Shown: piece after piece, positions 25,201 to 33,454 of the stretch | Numbering within the stretch: position 1 is the first letter of the stretch | Layout of the letters: the number at the start of each line of letters is the position of its first letter | Virus record (IMG/VR): IMGVR_UViG_3300028835_000118 | Span: 1-60,441 of that record | DNA from: a virus | Taxonomy: Duplodnaviria; Caudoviricetes | Direction: 5' to 3' (one strand) | Length of the DNA: 60,441 nucleotides | The notes under the pieces: model-generated | Database searches by the model: none | Told to the model about the DNA's origin: nothing | What the model saw: only the letters and a program-made list of their open reading frames with translations | Made by a program: the position numbers and the translations under genes

Positions 25201-28108
25201 CAGCAATAACTGTAATGTTTTCAAGTTGCTCATTTATTTCAGCTATTCTGTCTTGGTCTTTTTTGGTTAGCTGTTTATTTTTACCATCAATTTTATTCTC
25301 TAGGTTTTGTTTTTCTAACAATAAGTTTAAGGCTACTCTTGATTGTTGAACTGTATAATCAGTCGGAATAGATGGCATCAAGGCTTCTATCTGATTATAG
25401 TTAGCTAATAAACCATCAGCACCTGCCTGAGTTAGTGGGTCGTTAGGGTCAGCTACTCTTTGTTTTAGATTGGTAACAAACATTTTTTTGTATGAGGGGT
25501 CTTTCAACATCTCTTGATACCACGCAAAAGCTTCGTCAGAAACTAAATCTAAATCGTTAGGGTTACTTGCCATAGCAGATATAGCTGTAGGTACTGCCAT
25601 TACTTTACCACCAAGAGCTTCAAGATATCCTTGATACGCTACCTCTTTAAAAAATGCTCCTACTGATTGAGGAGTATTAAACGCTGCATCTTTTCCTAAA
25701 AGTTTTTCTCTAGCTAAGTTATATATATACTCTGAACTTAATTCAGCTACAGTTTGTAAAGCTCCTGTTTCAAATTCAGTCGCTGCACCTGCACCTAATA
25801 CTAATCCACCTTGAGCTGCTGCAATTTTCCACGCATCTTTACCTTGGTCACGCATCAGGTTTTTTAAATCTTTTCTAATAAATTCAGCAAAGGTTTTACT
25901 TGTTGTTGTTTTATTAGTTTTTAATAAAGCTCTTCCTACTAAACCATTTACAAACCCTTGTTGTGTTAGTAAGTTTCTGAAACCATAATCTTCTAATATA
26001 GCAGTAGCAATAGCTACAGGATATGCAATTATTCTTTTTTCTCCTTCATTTATGTTGTCAAAGTTTGGATTCATTGCCATCTTTTGCAATTGAGCGTCTG
26101 TACTTTGAGCCATTAATCTTACAATCCTCGTAGTCTTGTTTATATTTTTACGATTCTGAATCAATTTTTTCCCAAGCTCAGGACCATACTTCATCGTAAG
26201 TTCTCCTGTTTTTTTGGCACCTGTTTTTAAAATACCAATGAAAGCCGGAATAGAATAGGTCACCCCATGCATAGCTTTTTGAAAATCATTCCCTTTATTT
26301 TTATAGGCTTTTCTTAAAAATTCTTGTGGGGTATCTTCTTGTCCTAAATATCTAGTAAATATGGAATTAAATGCTTCTCTACTTCCTGACTCTAACTCTC
26401 TTCCAATAAAACCTGCTTGTCCCGTGTAAGGATTACGATTAAAAGCATCACCCCTCGCTGCACTTTTAGCTCTATCTACCCCTGTAATAATTTCTCCTGT
26501 ACCAATTCTAATTCCACCTTCTCCCTTCTGTGTGTCAAGTATATCGGTTGCATAAAAACCGGTAGGGTCTCCCCCTCTTTCTTGAAAAGATTTTCTATAA
26601 ACTTGATTCATTGCATTTACGGTATAGTCTCGTAAATCATCACCATCTGCATTCTCTATGCTTTGAAACAAAGCCTTACCATTAGTGCTTCCAATTTCTA
26701 GCATTAATTTTTTTAACCTCTCTTGGTCATAAGCATCAAGATTAGTTCCCTTATCTAATATTCCTTTTATCTGTGCTACCTCATCAGCATACTCGCCTCC
26801 TAGTATATTGACATCATCTACCTTATATTTCTGCTCTCTATTTTGGGACAATAAATCTATAGCAAAATCTACATGAGAATCAAAATCTTCATCTACATCT
26901 ACAGGGTTAAGTGCGTATTCTATAGGTGCTATAATTCCTGAATATAATTCATTAGGTAACGAAGTAATAGCTCCACCAACACCACCTAAAAAAGATTTAA
27001 GAAGTCGTTCTATACCTAACAATCCTCCCTTGGCTTCTGTAGCAGCATAACGAGCATCTACAAATTCTCCTACCATCAAGTCAAACTCTCTTCCTTTCTG
27101 CTGAAAACTTAATTGACGCTTATGCAATGCGTCTTGCACCATATCAAGACGGTCTGAAGCCATCTTATAGGTGTTGTAGTTAGGGTCGGCAGCTAGTTCT
27201 TGAGGAGTTTTTCCGGCAAAAGAGTTCTTATATATTTTTTCTAATCTAATTTTTTCTGCTGAATAAGCTTTTACATCTTCAGCAAACCTATCCACTTGTG
27301 TATTAAACAAAGTGTTTAAAGCCATCAACTCTTTTTCGTCTTGAATTTTATTTAGCTTAAATTCTTCCTTTTTCAGACCTTCAGCAAAAGCTAGTTCAGA
27401 TGCTTCTCTATTATCTTGTAGAAACTTTTTAAGTTCATTAGCTCTTTTCTTTGCATTAATTTCTAGACCTTCAAAGAATGGCATACCAAAAGCATCTAAT
27501 GGTACAGTCATTTCCTCACCGTTGGCTGAGGTTACTTTCATTTTATCACCTGCACCTGTCTCTTCAAACTTAAAACCATACTGCCCAAACTTGTAGTTCA
27601 TTTCAGGGACTACTGATTCTTCTTCTCTATCTGAGGTTAGCTTTTCATCAATAAAATCTATATTAGCTTGAAAGACATTATCGTCTAAATTTTCCCCGTA
27701 CTCTTTTGATAAAATAGTATTTGCAAATGGGTCAGAGGTATCAAATGTTCTCTGAGTTAAATATGATTCCGAAGTAATATCGTCTCCCGTTAAACCGGAA
27801 GGAGATGCCGGAGGTGTAAGGGGGGTTTGTTCCGGAGGTAGATTGATTTCGTTTGGCTGATTTAAGTCTACGTTTAGATTTTTTTTTTCATCCACATCTG
27901 TCGATACTATTTCTACAGATTCACCTCCAAAACCTATATCATTTTTAAAAGTATTCATGTCAGGCATATCAAAATGCTGCAGCATACTTTCTCTAAACCT
28001 TGCTAGCTTCTCTTCGTCTTGCATATCTACCACAAACTGTTCGTAGGGTGGCATATCAAAATGTTGTTGCGCACTTTGGTAGACTCTTTGTAATACTTCC
28101 TCATTCAT
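19268..28108 (-). CDS. Giant polyvalent-type ejection/internal virion protein with a zincin metallopeptidase and a ParB-like domain
   Basis: RGFYD..IHID..TVAHEAFH..NEERLAE; PVIIA..LLLIDGHHRV; last large gene of the virion module. Confidence 0.75.
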   Translation of the reverse strand: MNEEVLQRVYQSAQQHFDMPPYEQFVVDMQDEEKLARFRESMLQHFDMPDMNTFKNDIGFGGESVEIVSTDVDEKKNLNVDLNQPNEINLPPEQTPLTPPASPSGLTGDDITSESYLTQRTFDTSDPFANTILSKEYGENLDDNVFQANIDFIDEKLTSDREEESVVPEMNYKFGQYGFKFEETGAGDKMKVTSANGEEMTVPLDAFGMPFFEGLEINAKKRANELKKFLQDNREASELAFAEGLKKEEFKLNKIQDEKELMALNTLFNTQVDRFAEDVKAYSAEKIRLEKIYKNSFAGKTPQELAADPNYNTYKMASDRLDMVQDALHKRQLSFQQKGREFDLMVGEFVDARYAATEAKGGLLGIERLLKSFLGGVGGAITSLPNELYSGIIAPIEYALNPVDVDEDFDSHVDFAIDLLSQNREQKYKVDDVNILGGEYADEVAQIKGILDKGTNLDAYDQERLKKLMLEIGSTNGKALFQSIENADGDDLRDYTVNAMNQVYRKSFQERGGDPTGFYATDILDTQKGEGGIRIGTGEIITGVDRAKSAARGDAFNRNPYTGQAGFIGRELESGSREAFNSIFTRYLGQEDTPQEFLRKAYKNKGNDFQKAMHGVTYSIPAFIGILKTGAKKTGELTMKYGPELGKKLIQNRKNINKTTRIVRLMAQSTDAQLQKMAMNPNFDNINEGEKRIIAYPVAIATAILEDYGFRNLLTQQGFVNGLVGRALLKTNKTTTSKTFAEFIRKDLKNLMRDQGKDAWKIAAAQGGLVLGAGAATEFETGALQTVAELSSEYIYNLAREKLLGKDAAFNTPQSVGAFFKEVAYQGYLEALGGKVMAVPTAISAMASNPNDLDLVSDEAFAWYQEMLKDPSYKKMFVTNLKQRVADPNDPLTQAGADGLLANYNQIEALMPSIPTDYTVQQSRVALNLLLEKQNLENKIDGKNKQLTKKDQDRIAEINEQLENITVIAAQQQEAAAKAEASIPELGTVATQTETEETDSDGDITIEEKQDIEEAFGSKEDQTGVTNNLFFNRKGKPKGALDKEQTSMRNKVINRAVKAAKSLAKNFKTKIVLHESSDEFNNATGRKGRGFYDFDTNTIHIDMNKAIETTVAHEAFHAMLFERLGEANIAKAVNMLTKGVMSAVDKNTMLYKKADAFAKQYKSQGMTVQNEERLAELFGIMSSNYQRLERPAQNAILNFLKSTARTLGIDKLIDISPNITQDDAAVVDLLNTLADKVAMGQEVFVNDFKVLEKSEPYSDNGVAATVNPKAKAEKVPGREQQVYKGENVSDLPTTTLNDFAAQHNGNIYVINSDATALDPEKDLLGGFGYAALKDNNENGVGFASENAGKALSNMNKLKNKYKAGDRVGVAIMIQTPDAMYGNMYGSEFLYDALEDLQRKDPAAYKKYSKEMASYSNSRMGGALSPEVQAIIIDPSSFSETEFTDAMKNESFDRRRYYMQGIIPSSPSLKTNKSTPAYKKALLDNGTNTQDFNLEYGDKALLGETVLKENKGGYVVGGFTYVVPEDTKSLVEETQDKGITHPFFVGKVPSEANSAVIFDGLYSVKESLQPFMPETLLKDKTKEVEINERVIEQYQDDKFYKPEVRNKPLSQRTYTDLKGENKVEFKYKNKDLMVVGQASATSLIAQSKPPLFEQITEKIIAKPRGREQQQEADGQVFTFGETNYDIDGAMNIVNTQETQSVKLPMDILPKMTYAFVTKTEEGIENADLSQPVIIATTKDGLLLIDGHHRVEKAIQENTPLTGKILDEAQTKKIILSPRGREQKDIVDIIVEGRTEYNFRDELIKDYLVRVKGYPASVVNKLMNIDVDLFNTLPKTFANIQGGMEAGVKLFKRVKAFEQKLIKGNKRRKVKLTEQQIADQTIEFLTQQPEYKNEGDGTKNLTTKQAMLQVEFQRAVGTRTSENVQEKLTAARRMVQQRKRGAKDLQKAKAAIRNFIRKSLPADIYTRSEVMSLIRKVTNANETNLENIFEEVLEFVNKKNNARLENKIENILNGKYETKVSGRKKGTKISLNIKERIEKIKQDRLGKNSTAKQIEAENEALTQEFNSIAAKSQTTEGDFSRMVDLQILINLNNSLLMENTDVNKTGSLDTALAALEEMIEIGRSELKQQLEDQHNKYNEDASIAYEEVTGEKTDLGDKGTRSEVDLKNQKRLNAKRNKLKGVLRKFTTKLNTMVTKFFNEAEALDGLMDLISTLPGEMFGGRLQEMVTGRVDASSRMFKRRMMEQEGIISKKFEELYGKKWRNKVRDNNKPAKEATYLLDPDAVAKAENDFNTNPSLENKQALEKALLENSVHLSQNEMMYYYNLYKDPANAGSFKATFGKDYVRIMEEIESKMEDEVKEFADWQVNEFYPSLYEHYNKTYKALYRTNLPWNRFYAGMIYRNDTQGNPIEQQPLDMLSDKSIMNTSVGASSTKSRTQNNLPIRKMNNMNVMATYLRDMEYFAAYGETIRDIYKMFTNKQVKDAIGAIHGDYVNRLIRDMIGKIANKGVRDNRADRFVNYMNNLFIFSRIGLNPTVMLKQLTSMITYANDIGFRNWLKYSLKNIPQIKKTFKEISENSVYMQDRNRQSITRVIESYTEDGMTEFVPNQYWDFYVNFIMYSTKFGDKAAIYLGGMPNYLYYKDQALKRGLSEEQAQKEAIIKFEKDTKRTQQSMDLQDRDYYQTAGALQRGLNMFLTTPKQYLRKEIQSTRNLWRKLKAWDRNAGKGTLGENLRTFITYHLLAPTLFQYVALGLPGLLRPVRPDDEEDLIRAMVIGNLNALFIVGDAVNQIADVIQQKPYAGKQGKSIAPLMSIARISQLATRALNTKDPEKRAANFAKLYIEIVNTTGLPATQVTRFVNNLEKMGKTGDIGTDILRLFNFSDYVIEGGQKKSTKKTKSIAEQNAEYYKEQERKKRQSNNLNNSDVFAPINQRNRTRTRRTRKNVFDPIQ

Positions 28109-28109
28109 T

Positions 28110-30080
28110 TTAGTAGGATTTCGGTTTACCTTTTCCTGATTGTCTTGGACCTATAAGTTTTGCCAATAAAGCTTCGTTAGCTGCAATATTCTCGGCAGCA
28201 ACTGCGCCCATTATATATGTATTTAATGCGTTCAACTGCCTTTGCATCTCTTCAGGTTCCTTGTTTGTATAAAGTATAAACCCTTCATCTGTAGCTCCCT
28301 GTGGTCTGATTTGAACACTATTGCTCCAATTGCTATAGTTATTAGTCTCTAAACCTAATGCATCTAGATAAGGTGTTAACTTATTCATTACTTCTATATC
28401 ATCTGTTATCTGTCCACCTCCTGTATCTTGAAGAACATTGTTGTAAGTTAAGGCTGTTTGTAAGTACCTGTTTAAGTATTGTTGGTCGCCTTCCTCAGTA
28501 GTTGCTCCTGCTCCTGCACCTGTAGGTGTAATAGAACCTAACTGATATGTTTCACCTATTTTGAAAAGCTTGGTAACATCAGCATCTTTACCAAGGGTTC
28601 TTACCTCTTCTCGAACAGAGCCATCCGGTAGTCTGAACTTGATTACATAGTCACCCTCTTTTTCTCCTGCTTTAACGCTTGCAACTTTACCACTTCGTAC
28701 ACCACCTGCTAAGTCAACACTATCTCCAATGTTAGATACACCTGTTAATAATGCTGCAGATTCTGCAAAGGTTTCAAAATCCATTATGTTACCACTTGAA
28801 TCTACCATTGGAACAGGTTTAGTTACTCCGTCTTTAGTTACATATATTATGTTTCCTTTCTTTTGTACATCGTCTGCACCTAATACATCTCTAAAGTAAG
28901 TCTCGGCTGCATCCACTTCTTTTTGGTTACCGTAAAAGATATCACCCAACATATTAAAGGTCTTTTGATTTTTCTTATCAGTCTCTCCTTTTATAATATT
29001 ACTTGCTGATTCAAATGGTTGTCTGCTTGCTGAAGCTTTAATCTTTTTATCTACTGAATCATTTAATCTTTCTATAATAGCGTCTTTTACTGCTTTCTTT
29101 TGGTCGTCAGTAAACTCAGGTTGTCCACCCATATCGGTGTCTCGGTTCAAATATATCTCATTTGCTTTTCTTTTATTGGGGTCTTTCTCATAAGTAAAAG
29201 TATAAGGAACTTTTTTACCCCCTACTTCAACCGTTAAGTTTTCATTAGTTAAAATAGAAGTTACGTTGAATGGATTAGCCATCATTGCATCTGCCGTGTA
29301 ACCTGCCCACTCGTTATATTCTTTAATTAATTGTGCGTCTCCACTATATTTTCCACCTTGAGAAGTGGTAGTAATAATCCTATCTAACCCTCCTTCTTTT
29401 CCTGATAATTCTATAGACAATTCATCAATCAATCCTAAATCATCTACAGCAGCATTAACATCGGCACGCACATCATAATAATTATAAGTACCTTTTAGAT
29501 TAGACATTAACTCAGGTACTGTTTGAAAGCTTGATGGGTCTGTATCCATTTTCCCATCTTTCCATAATCCAATTGACACCATACCATTATTAGGATTGAT
29601 TAAGGCTTTGGTGTTTCGTAAGTTATATAGTCCTTCTGCTTGCTCCATCTTCCATTGCTCTAGCATTTGAGAACGAGTAGCCGGGTCAGCCGAATTCATT
29701 CTCTCCATCTTAAGCTTATACGCTTCTTGATAAGCCTCGCCTAACTTAAACATCTGCTTGTTTGAGTCATTAAGATTGGCTCTAACTATAGAATATTCTC
29801 TAGGTTTTAAAATACCTTGTCTTAAAAGTCTGTCTTGTGTAAGTAGAACTTGCTGTGCAGAAGAAGCATAGTCAGCTACAAAGGTATTTCCATCTACATA
29901 GTCTCCGGTTGGAGCATTCTGTAATGTTTCCACCATCTCTCTAGAAGCCTTGTCAATCTCAGCCTTTTGGTTTTCTCTTGACTTTGCTTCTTCATTTAAT
30001 ATTGTGGTAAACTGTGTAGCTACTGCACCCCAATCTACTTGGTCGGTTGCTTCTCTTCTTACATATCCAAATTTGCTCAT
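28110..30080 (-). CDS. Putative internal virion/ejection protein
   Basis: Position between tail genes and the giant protein; helical, charged N-terminus. Confidence 0.55.
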   Translation of the reverse strand: MSKFGYVRREATDQVDWGAVATQFTTILNEEAKSRENQKAEIDKASREMVETLQNAPTGDYVDGNTFVADYASSAQQVLLTQDRLLRQGILKPREYSIVRANLNDSNKQMFKLGEAYQEAYKLKMERMNSADPATRSQMLEQWKMEQAEGLYNLRNTKALINPNNGMVSIGLWKDGKMDTDPSSFQTVPELMSNLKGTYNYYDVRADVNAAVDDLGLIDELSIELSGKEGGLDRIITTTSQGGKYSGDAQLIKEYNEWAGYTADAMMANPFNVTSILTNENLTVEVGGKKVPYTFTYEKDPNKRKANEIYLNRDTDMGGQPEFTDDQKKAVKDAIIERLNDSVDKKIKASASRQPFESASNIIKGETDKKNQKTFNMLGDIFYGNQKEVDAAETYFRDVLGADDVQKKGNIIYVTKDGVTKPVPMVDSSGNIMDFETFAESAALLTGVSNIGDSVDLAGGVRSGKVASVKAGEKEGDYVIKFRLPDGSVREEVRTLGKDADVTKLFKIGETYQLGSITPTGAGAGATTEEGDQQYLNRYLQTALTYNNVLQDTGGGQITDDIEVMNKLTPYLDALGLETNNYSNWSNSVQIRPQGATDEGFILYTNKEPEEMQRQLNALNTYIMGAVAAENIAANEALLAKLIGPRQSGKGKPKSY

Positions 30081-30087
30081 ACTAATT

Positions 30088-31143
30088 TTAATTTATAGAA
30101 TTTCTTAAATTAGCTAACTCTGTTTGTTCCTCTAGTGTTAACCCACCACCAAAACTCATTTTATTCATAAGCTCTTTTAGTCTAGCCATTTTTACCTCAT
30201 TAGTATTTGTTATGGTTAAATCCTTTGTTGGAGTTCCATCTACAACTGCTGACTCAACTGTAGTATCAACTTGTGTGGTTGGGTCAAAATTTCGTGCAGC
30301 AGATAAAGTATTATTTGCCGACAAACCTAAAGCATATTGGTCTTGAAAAGATTGACTTCCAAATAACAGAGCTGATTGCTCGTTAGTTAAACCTCTTTTA
30401 AATTGTCTAAACTCTTTGTTAGACATACCCGGAATCGTGGTTAAATCTAAATTTGTAAATCCATCAGTCCCTGCTTCACCCATACCTTTCGATACGTTTC
30501 CTATCGCTGCAAATTCATCAGCCGTCAATTGTGTATTTCCTAAAGCTGATTTTTGAAGTGCCATGTTTTGTTGATATAAAGGAATTTGAGATAACCCTTG
30601 CTGTAATGCTGTACCTGCAGCCTGTATACCTGCTTGAGTGGATGCAGCAGCAGCTCGTTGAGCATCAGCAGCAGCTTTTTGTTGTCCTTCTATTTCTCCT
30701 AAATCTAATTGTACATTAAGGTCTCTTAATCTTGAATCTTCTTTTGCAATAGCCATCTCAATCATTTGCTGTTCTTTGCTCATAGCAGCACGGGTTTGAC
30801 CTTGCGCTTGGTTTTGTGCTTGTTGTAATCTTCCTGCCGTTGCAGCAACTCCTCTTTGGTCTCCTTCTCTCGCAGCATCTAAAGCCGTAGCTCCTGATTG
30901 TAACATTGCTTCTCTCTGTAATTCATATGGTTCTTTTTTAATTGATAACTGTTCCATATAATTTACATCTAATCTTCTACGAGCTGTACGCATCATAGCT
31001 TCTGCTTCTGATTCTGCGTCTCTCATAGCTCTTTTACTTTTACCGGCTTGAGCAAACGAGGCACCTGCTGAACCTGCAGCAATTGCTGTAGAACCAATAG
31101 CTAACCACGCTGTTAAACCAAGACCTGTTGCGACTCCTGACAT
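30088..31143 (-). CDS. Putative ejection (pilot) protein
   Basis: Hydrophobic G/A-rich N-terminus followed by an A/Q-rich coiled coil. Confidence 0.6.
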   Translation of the reverse strand: MSGVATGLGLTAWLAIGSTAIAAGSAGASFAQAGKSKRAMRDAESEAEAMMRTARRRLDVNYMEQLSIKKEPYELQREAMLQSGATALDAAREGDQRGVAATAGRLQQAQNQAQGQTRAAMSKEQQMIEMAIAKEDSRLRDLNVQLDLGEIEGQQKAAADAQRAAAASTQAGIQAAGTALQQGLSQIPLYQQNMALQKSALGNTQLTADEFAAIGNVSKGMGEAGTDGFTNLDLTTIPGMSNKEFRQFKRGLTNEQSALLFGSQSFQDQYALGLSANNTLSAARNFDPTTQVDTTVESAVVDGTPTKDLTITNTNEVKMARLKELMNKMSFGGGLTLEEQTELANLRNSIN

Positions 31144-31658
31144 ATTTTTACTGCTTTATTTATTACTTCTTGTGGCAGTTCCATAAATGAATCTGCATAA
31201 ATTTCTTTCTCTGCATCCTCTACGTTTGTTTTATCAGTTTTATAAACACAAATCCAAATTGAATCTTTGTGTACATAAAACACTCTTTGAGTTCCTACCT
31301 GAGTAAAAACTGTATGAGGTGCTTCTATAATTTCTACTTGACCTTCGTCAGTCAAGTAAGATAATTTTCCCTTTACTAAAAAAGAAGGGTGTTGTTGTCG
31401 ATGTATCATACTCACAAGCATCATTCCTTGTGGCATAAATAGTTCACGAGTATAAAGCCCTCCTTCAAAATGATGTTTCAAAGGAAGAATTTTTTTCATC
31501 TCTTTACTTTGTTCATCACCGGCTTTATGAGTGACCACTCCTTCAATCTCTTCTAATTGAGATTGAAACTCAGCTATTTTTTCCCACAACAAACCTGTTA
31601 ACTGTGGGATACCTCCTAATACCTTTTTTGCAAGGACTGATTCATGTCCATCAACCAT
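31113..31658 (-). CDS. Cupin-fold protein
   Basis: HHFEGGLYTRELFMPQG..IHRQQH..GTQRV pattern. Confidence 0.65.
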   Translation of the reverse strand: MVDGHESVLAKKVLGGIPQLTGLLWEKIAEFQSQLEEIEGVVTHKAGDEQSKEMKKILPLKHHFEGGLYTRELFMPQGMMLVSMIHRQQHPSFLVKGKLSYLTDEGQVEIIEAPHTVFTQVGTQRVFYVHKDSIWICVYKTDKTNVEDAEKEIYADSFMELPQEVINKAVKICQESQQVLV

Positions 31659-31676
31659 GTAGCAAAGATACTAAAT

Positions 31677-32513
31677 TTAAGGAAAACTTTTCATTACATC
31701 CGATTCTACAACAAATAACTCCGATGGGGTTGTAACATCCAATGTTAGCTCAAACACACAATAATGACCTAAAACTCCGTGAGATTCAGCTATAGGATTC
31801 TTAATAAAGAACCAATAATTATTACTTAAAGGTAAAACTGTAGGCTGTGGTGAAGGGAACGGAGGGTTAATTGTCGAATTTATTGTAATAGTATATACAG
31901 CTCCATTTCTTGTTATGCTTGTTAATACTCCTGCAAACTGAGGGGTGTCATAGTTAGGAGCTATAGCGAAATACATAAAGTCTCCGACACTAATTATACT
32001 TCCCACACTTATGCCTGCCGGAAAAGTTATAATTATATTAGCAGGGTCAGCCGTGTTGAAGGAATCACTAACGCCAATACCGTTAACGCTTCTTAACTCC
32101 CATTGACTTTCATCTGTATTAGGTCCTGTTGGTCCATCGTTTCTTACAAACGCAAACCACGCTCCTTCTTTTTGTTCAAAGTATGCTGCCTCTATTTCTC
32201 CATCAATCTGTATATCTGTTTGTAGAGTAGCACTCCACGCATCATCACCTTCAAGGTTTAAAGTTTTAAATATTTTATTTTCTAATGGTTGCTCGTTAAA
32301 TACACTCGTAATTCGTGAAGGATATTGGTCTCCATAATATTCATTTCTTGTCTCATTTGTATTATGTCTCCACAAATTTCCATTTTTAAATGTATATAAA
32401 TATTGATTCATTCCTTTTATAAATTCAGGACAATAAGTATAGAATGAAGGAAATCCTTTCGAGTCTTCGCTATAAGTAATAGTACATTTATTTTGGTCGG
32501 TTATTGGTATCAT
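31677..32513 (-). CDS. Putative tail protein
   Basis: GFPSFY..YLYTFKNGNLWRH..KIFKTLNLE; located in the virion module. Confidence 0.6.
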   Translation of the reverse strand: MIPITDQNKCTITYSEDSKGFPSFYTYCPEFIKGMNQYLYTFKNGNLWRHNTNETRNEYYGDQYPSRITSVFNEQPLENKIFKTLNLEGDDAWSATLQTDIQIDGEIEAAYFEQKEGAWFAFVRNDGPTGPNTDESQWELRSVNGIGVSDSFNTADPANIIITFPAGISVGSIISVGDFMYFAIAPNYDTPQFAGVLTSITRNGAVYTITINSTINPPFPSPQPTVLPLSNNYWFFIKNPIAESHGVLGHYCVFELTLDVTTPSELFVVESDVMKSFP

Positions 32514-32514
32514 A

Positions 32515-33444
32515 TTATGGACAGTTTACTAAATTAGTTATTACTCCGTTAGCATCCACCGTCATTTGTTTTTGACCTGATGGTGGATTTATTGTGTAGT
32601 CACCTGCAGCTAATTTTGTTACCCCACTAGAATCAGTAAAGGCAAACTCAAATATAGCAGGCTCACCTGCTGTACCTCCTCTGTTTGGTGCAGCATAAAA
32701 TATATCTTCGGTAACAGCACAATTTTCTCCTTCCACTCCTAGAGGTGTAGAAGTTAATGGTTCGGGACAAGCAATTTCAATATCCCATGCTGTACTACAA
32801 AAACCTACTATCTGTACTAGACATTCGGTAGCAGTATTACTTGGTCTTGGTATTACCATTGTACAATAACCCGGAGGACCTGCTGTTAAATTTACATCTG
32901 TTCCTGTACCGGTAACAACTCCTGAGTTTCCTACTAAATCAAAAACCAATGTGCTAGGATTAAATTCATATTCATCTAAATTGGTATATCCTCCTGCATT
33001 TAATGTAACTGCAACTCCGGGGGTACAATCACTACCTGAGTTTCCAAGCACCACATAATTTCCGGGTGTGGCAGATGCTAAATATCCAAAGTTAGGACTT
33101 GTCACTTCATTGTAAGTAACTCCATCAAATATAGCTCTAAGACCATCAGGGACGCTTTGAGGGTCAAAGTATATTAACATTGCTCCTAAATCCTCACCTG
33201 TAGAATAAGTTACGTCATAAATCCCTGTACCTCCTGAAGCTGATATGGTGGTTGTACATGGTGCTACACAACTTGGACACGAAGCTGCTGCTTGTAAAAG
33301 GCAATTAAATTGATATCTAACAGTTGTACCATCAGAATACCATCCATCTGCTGCACATATCGTTAAATCAATATCGGTATATACTGCAGTTGCTGTCGCT
33401 AATGTTGGTCCGTCTATATAATAATTTCCTAAAGTTGCTGCCAT
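32515..33444 (-). CDS. Cys/Thr/Gly-rich putative tail appendage protein
   Basis: Composition and position. Confidence 0.55.
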   Translation of the reverse strand: MAATLGNYYIDGPTLATATAVYTDIDLTICAADGWYSDGTTVRYQFNCLLQAAASCPSCVAPCTTTISASGGTGIYDVTYSTGEDLGAMLIYFDPQSVPDGLRAIFDGVTYNEVTSPNFGYLASATPGNYVVLGNSGSDCTPGVAVTLNAGGYTNLDEYEFNPSTLVFDLVGNSGVVTGTGTDVNLTAGPPGYCTMVIPRPSNTATECLVQIVGFCSTAWDIEIACPEPLTSTPLGVEGENCAVTEDIFYAAPNRGGTAGEPAIFEFAFTDSSGVTKLAAGDYTINPPSGQKQMTVDANGVITNLVNCP

Positions 33445-33454
33445 ATCTTAATTT

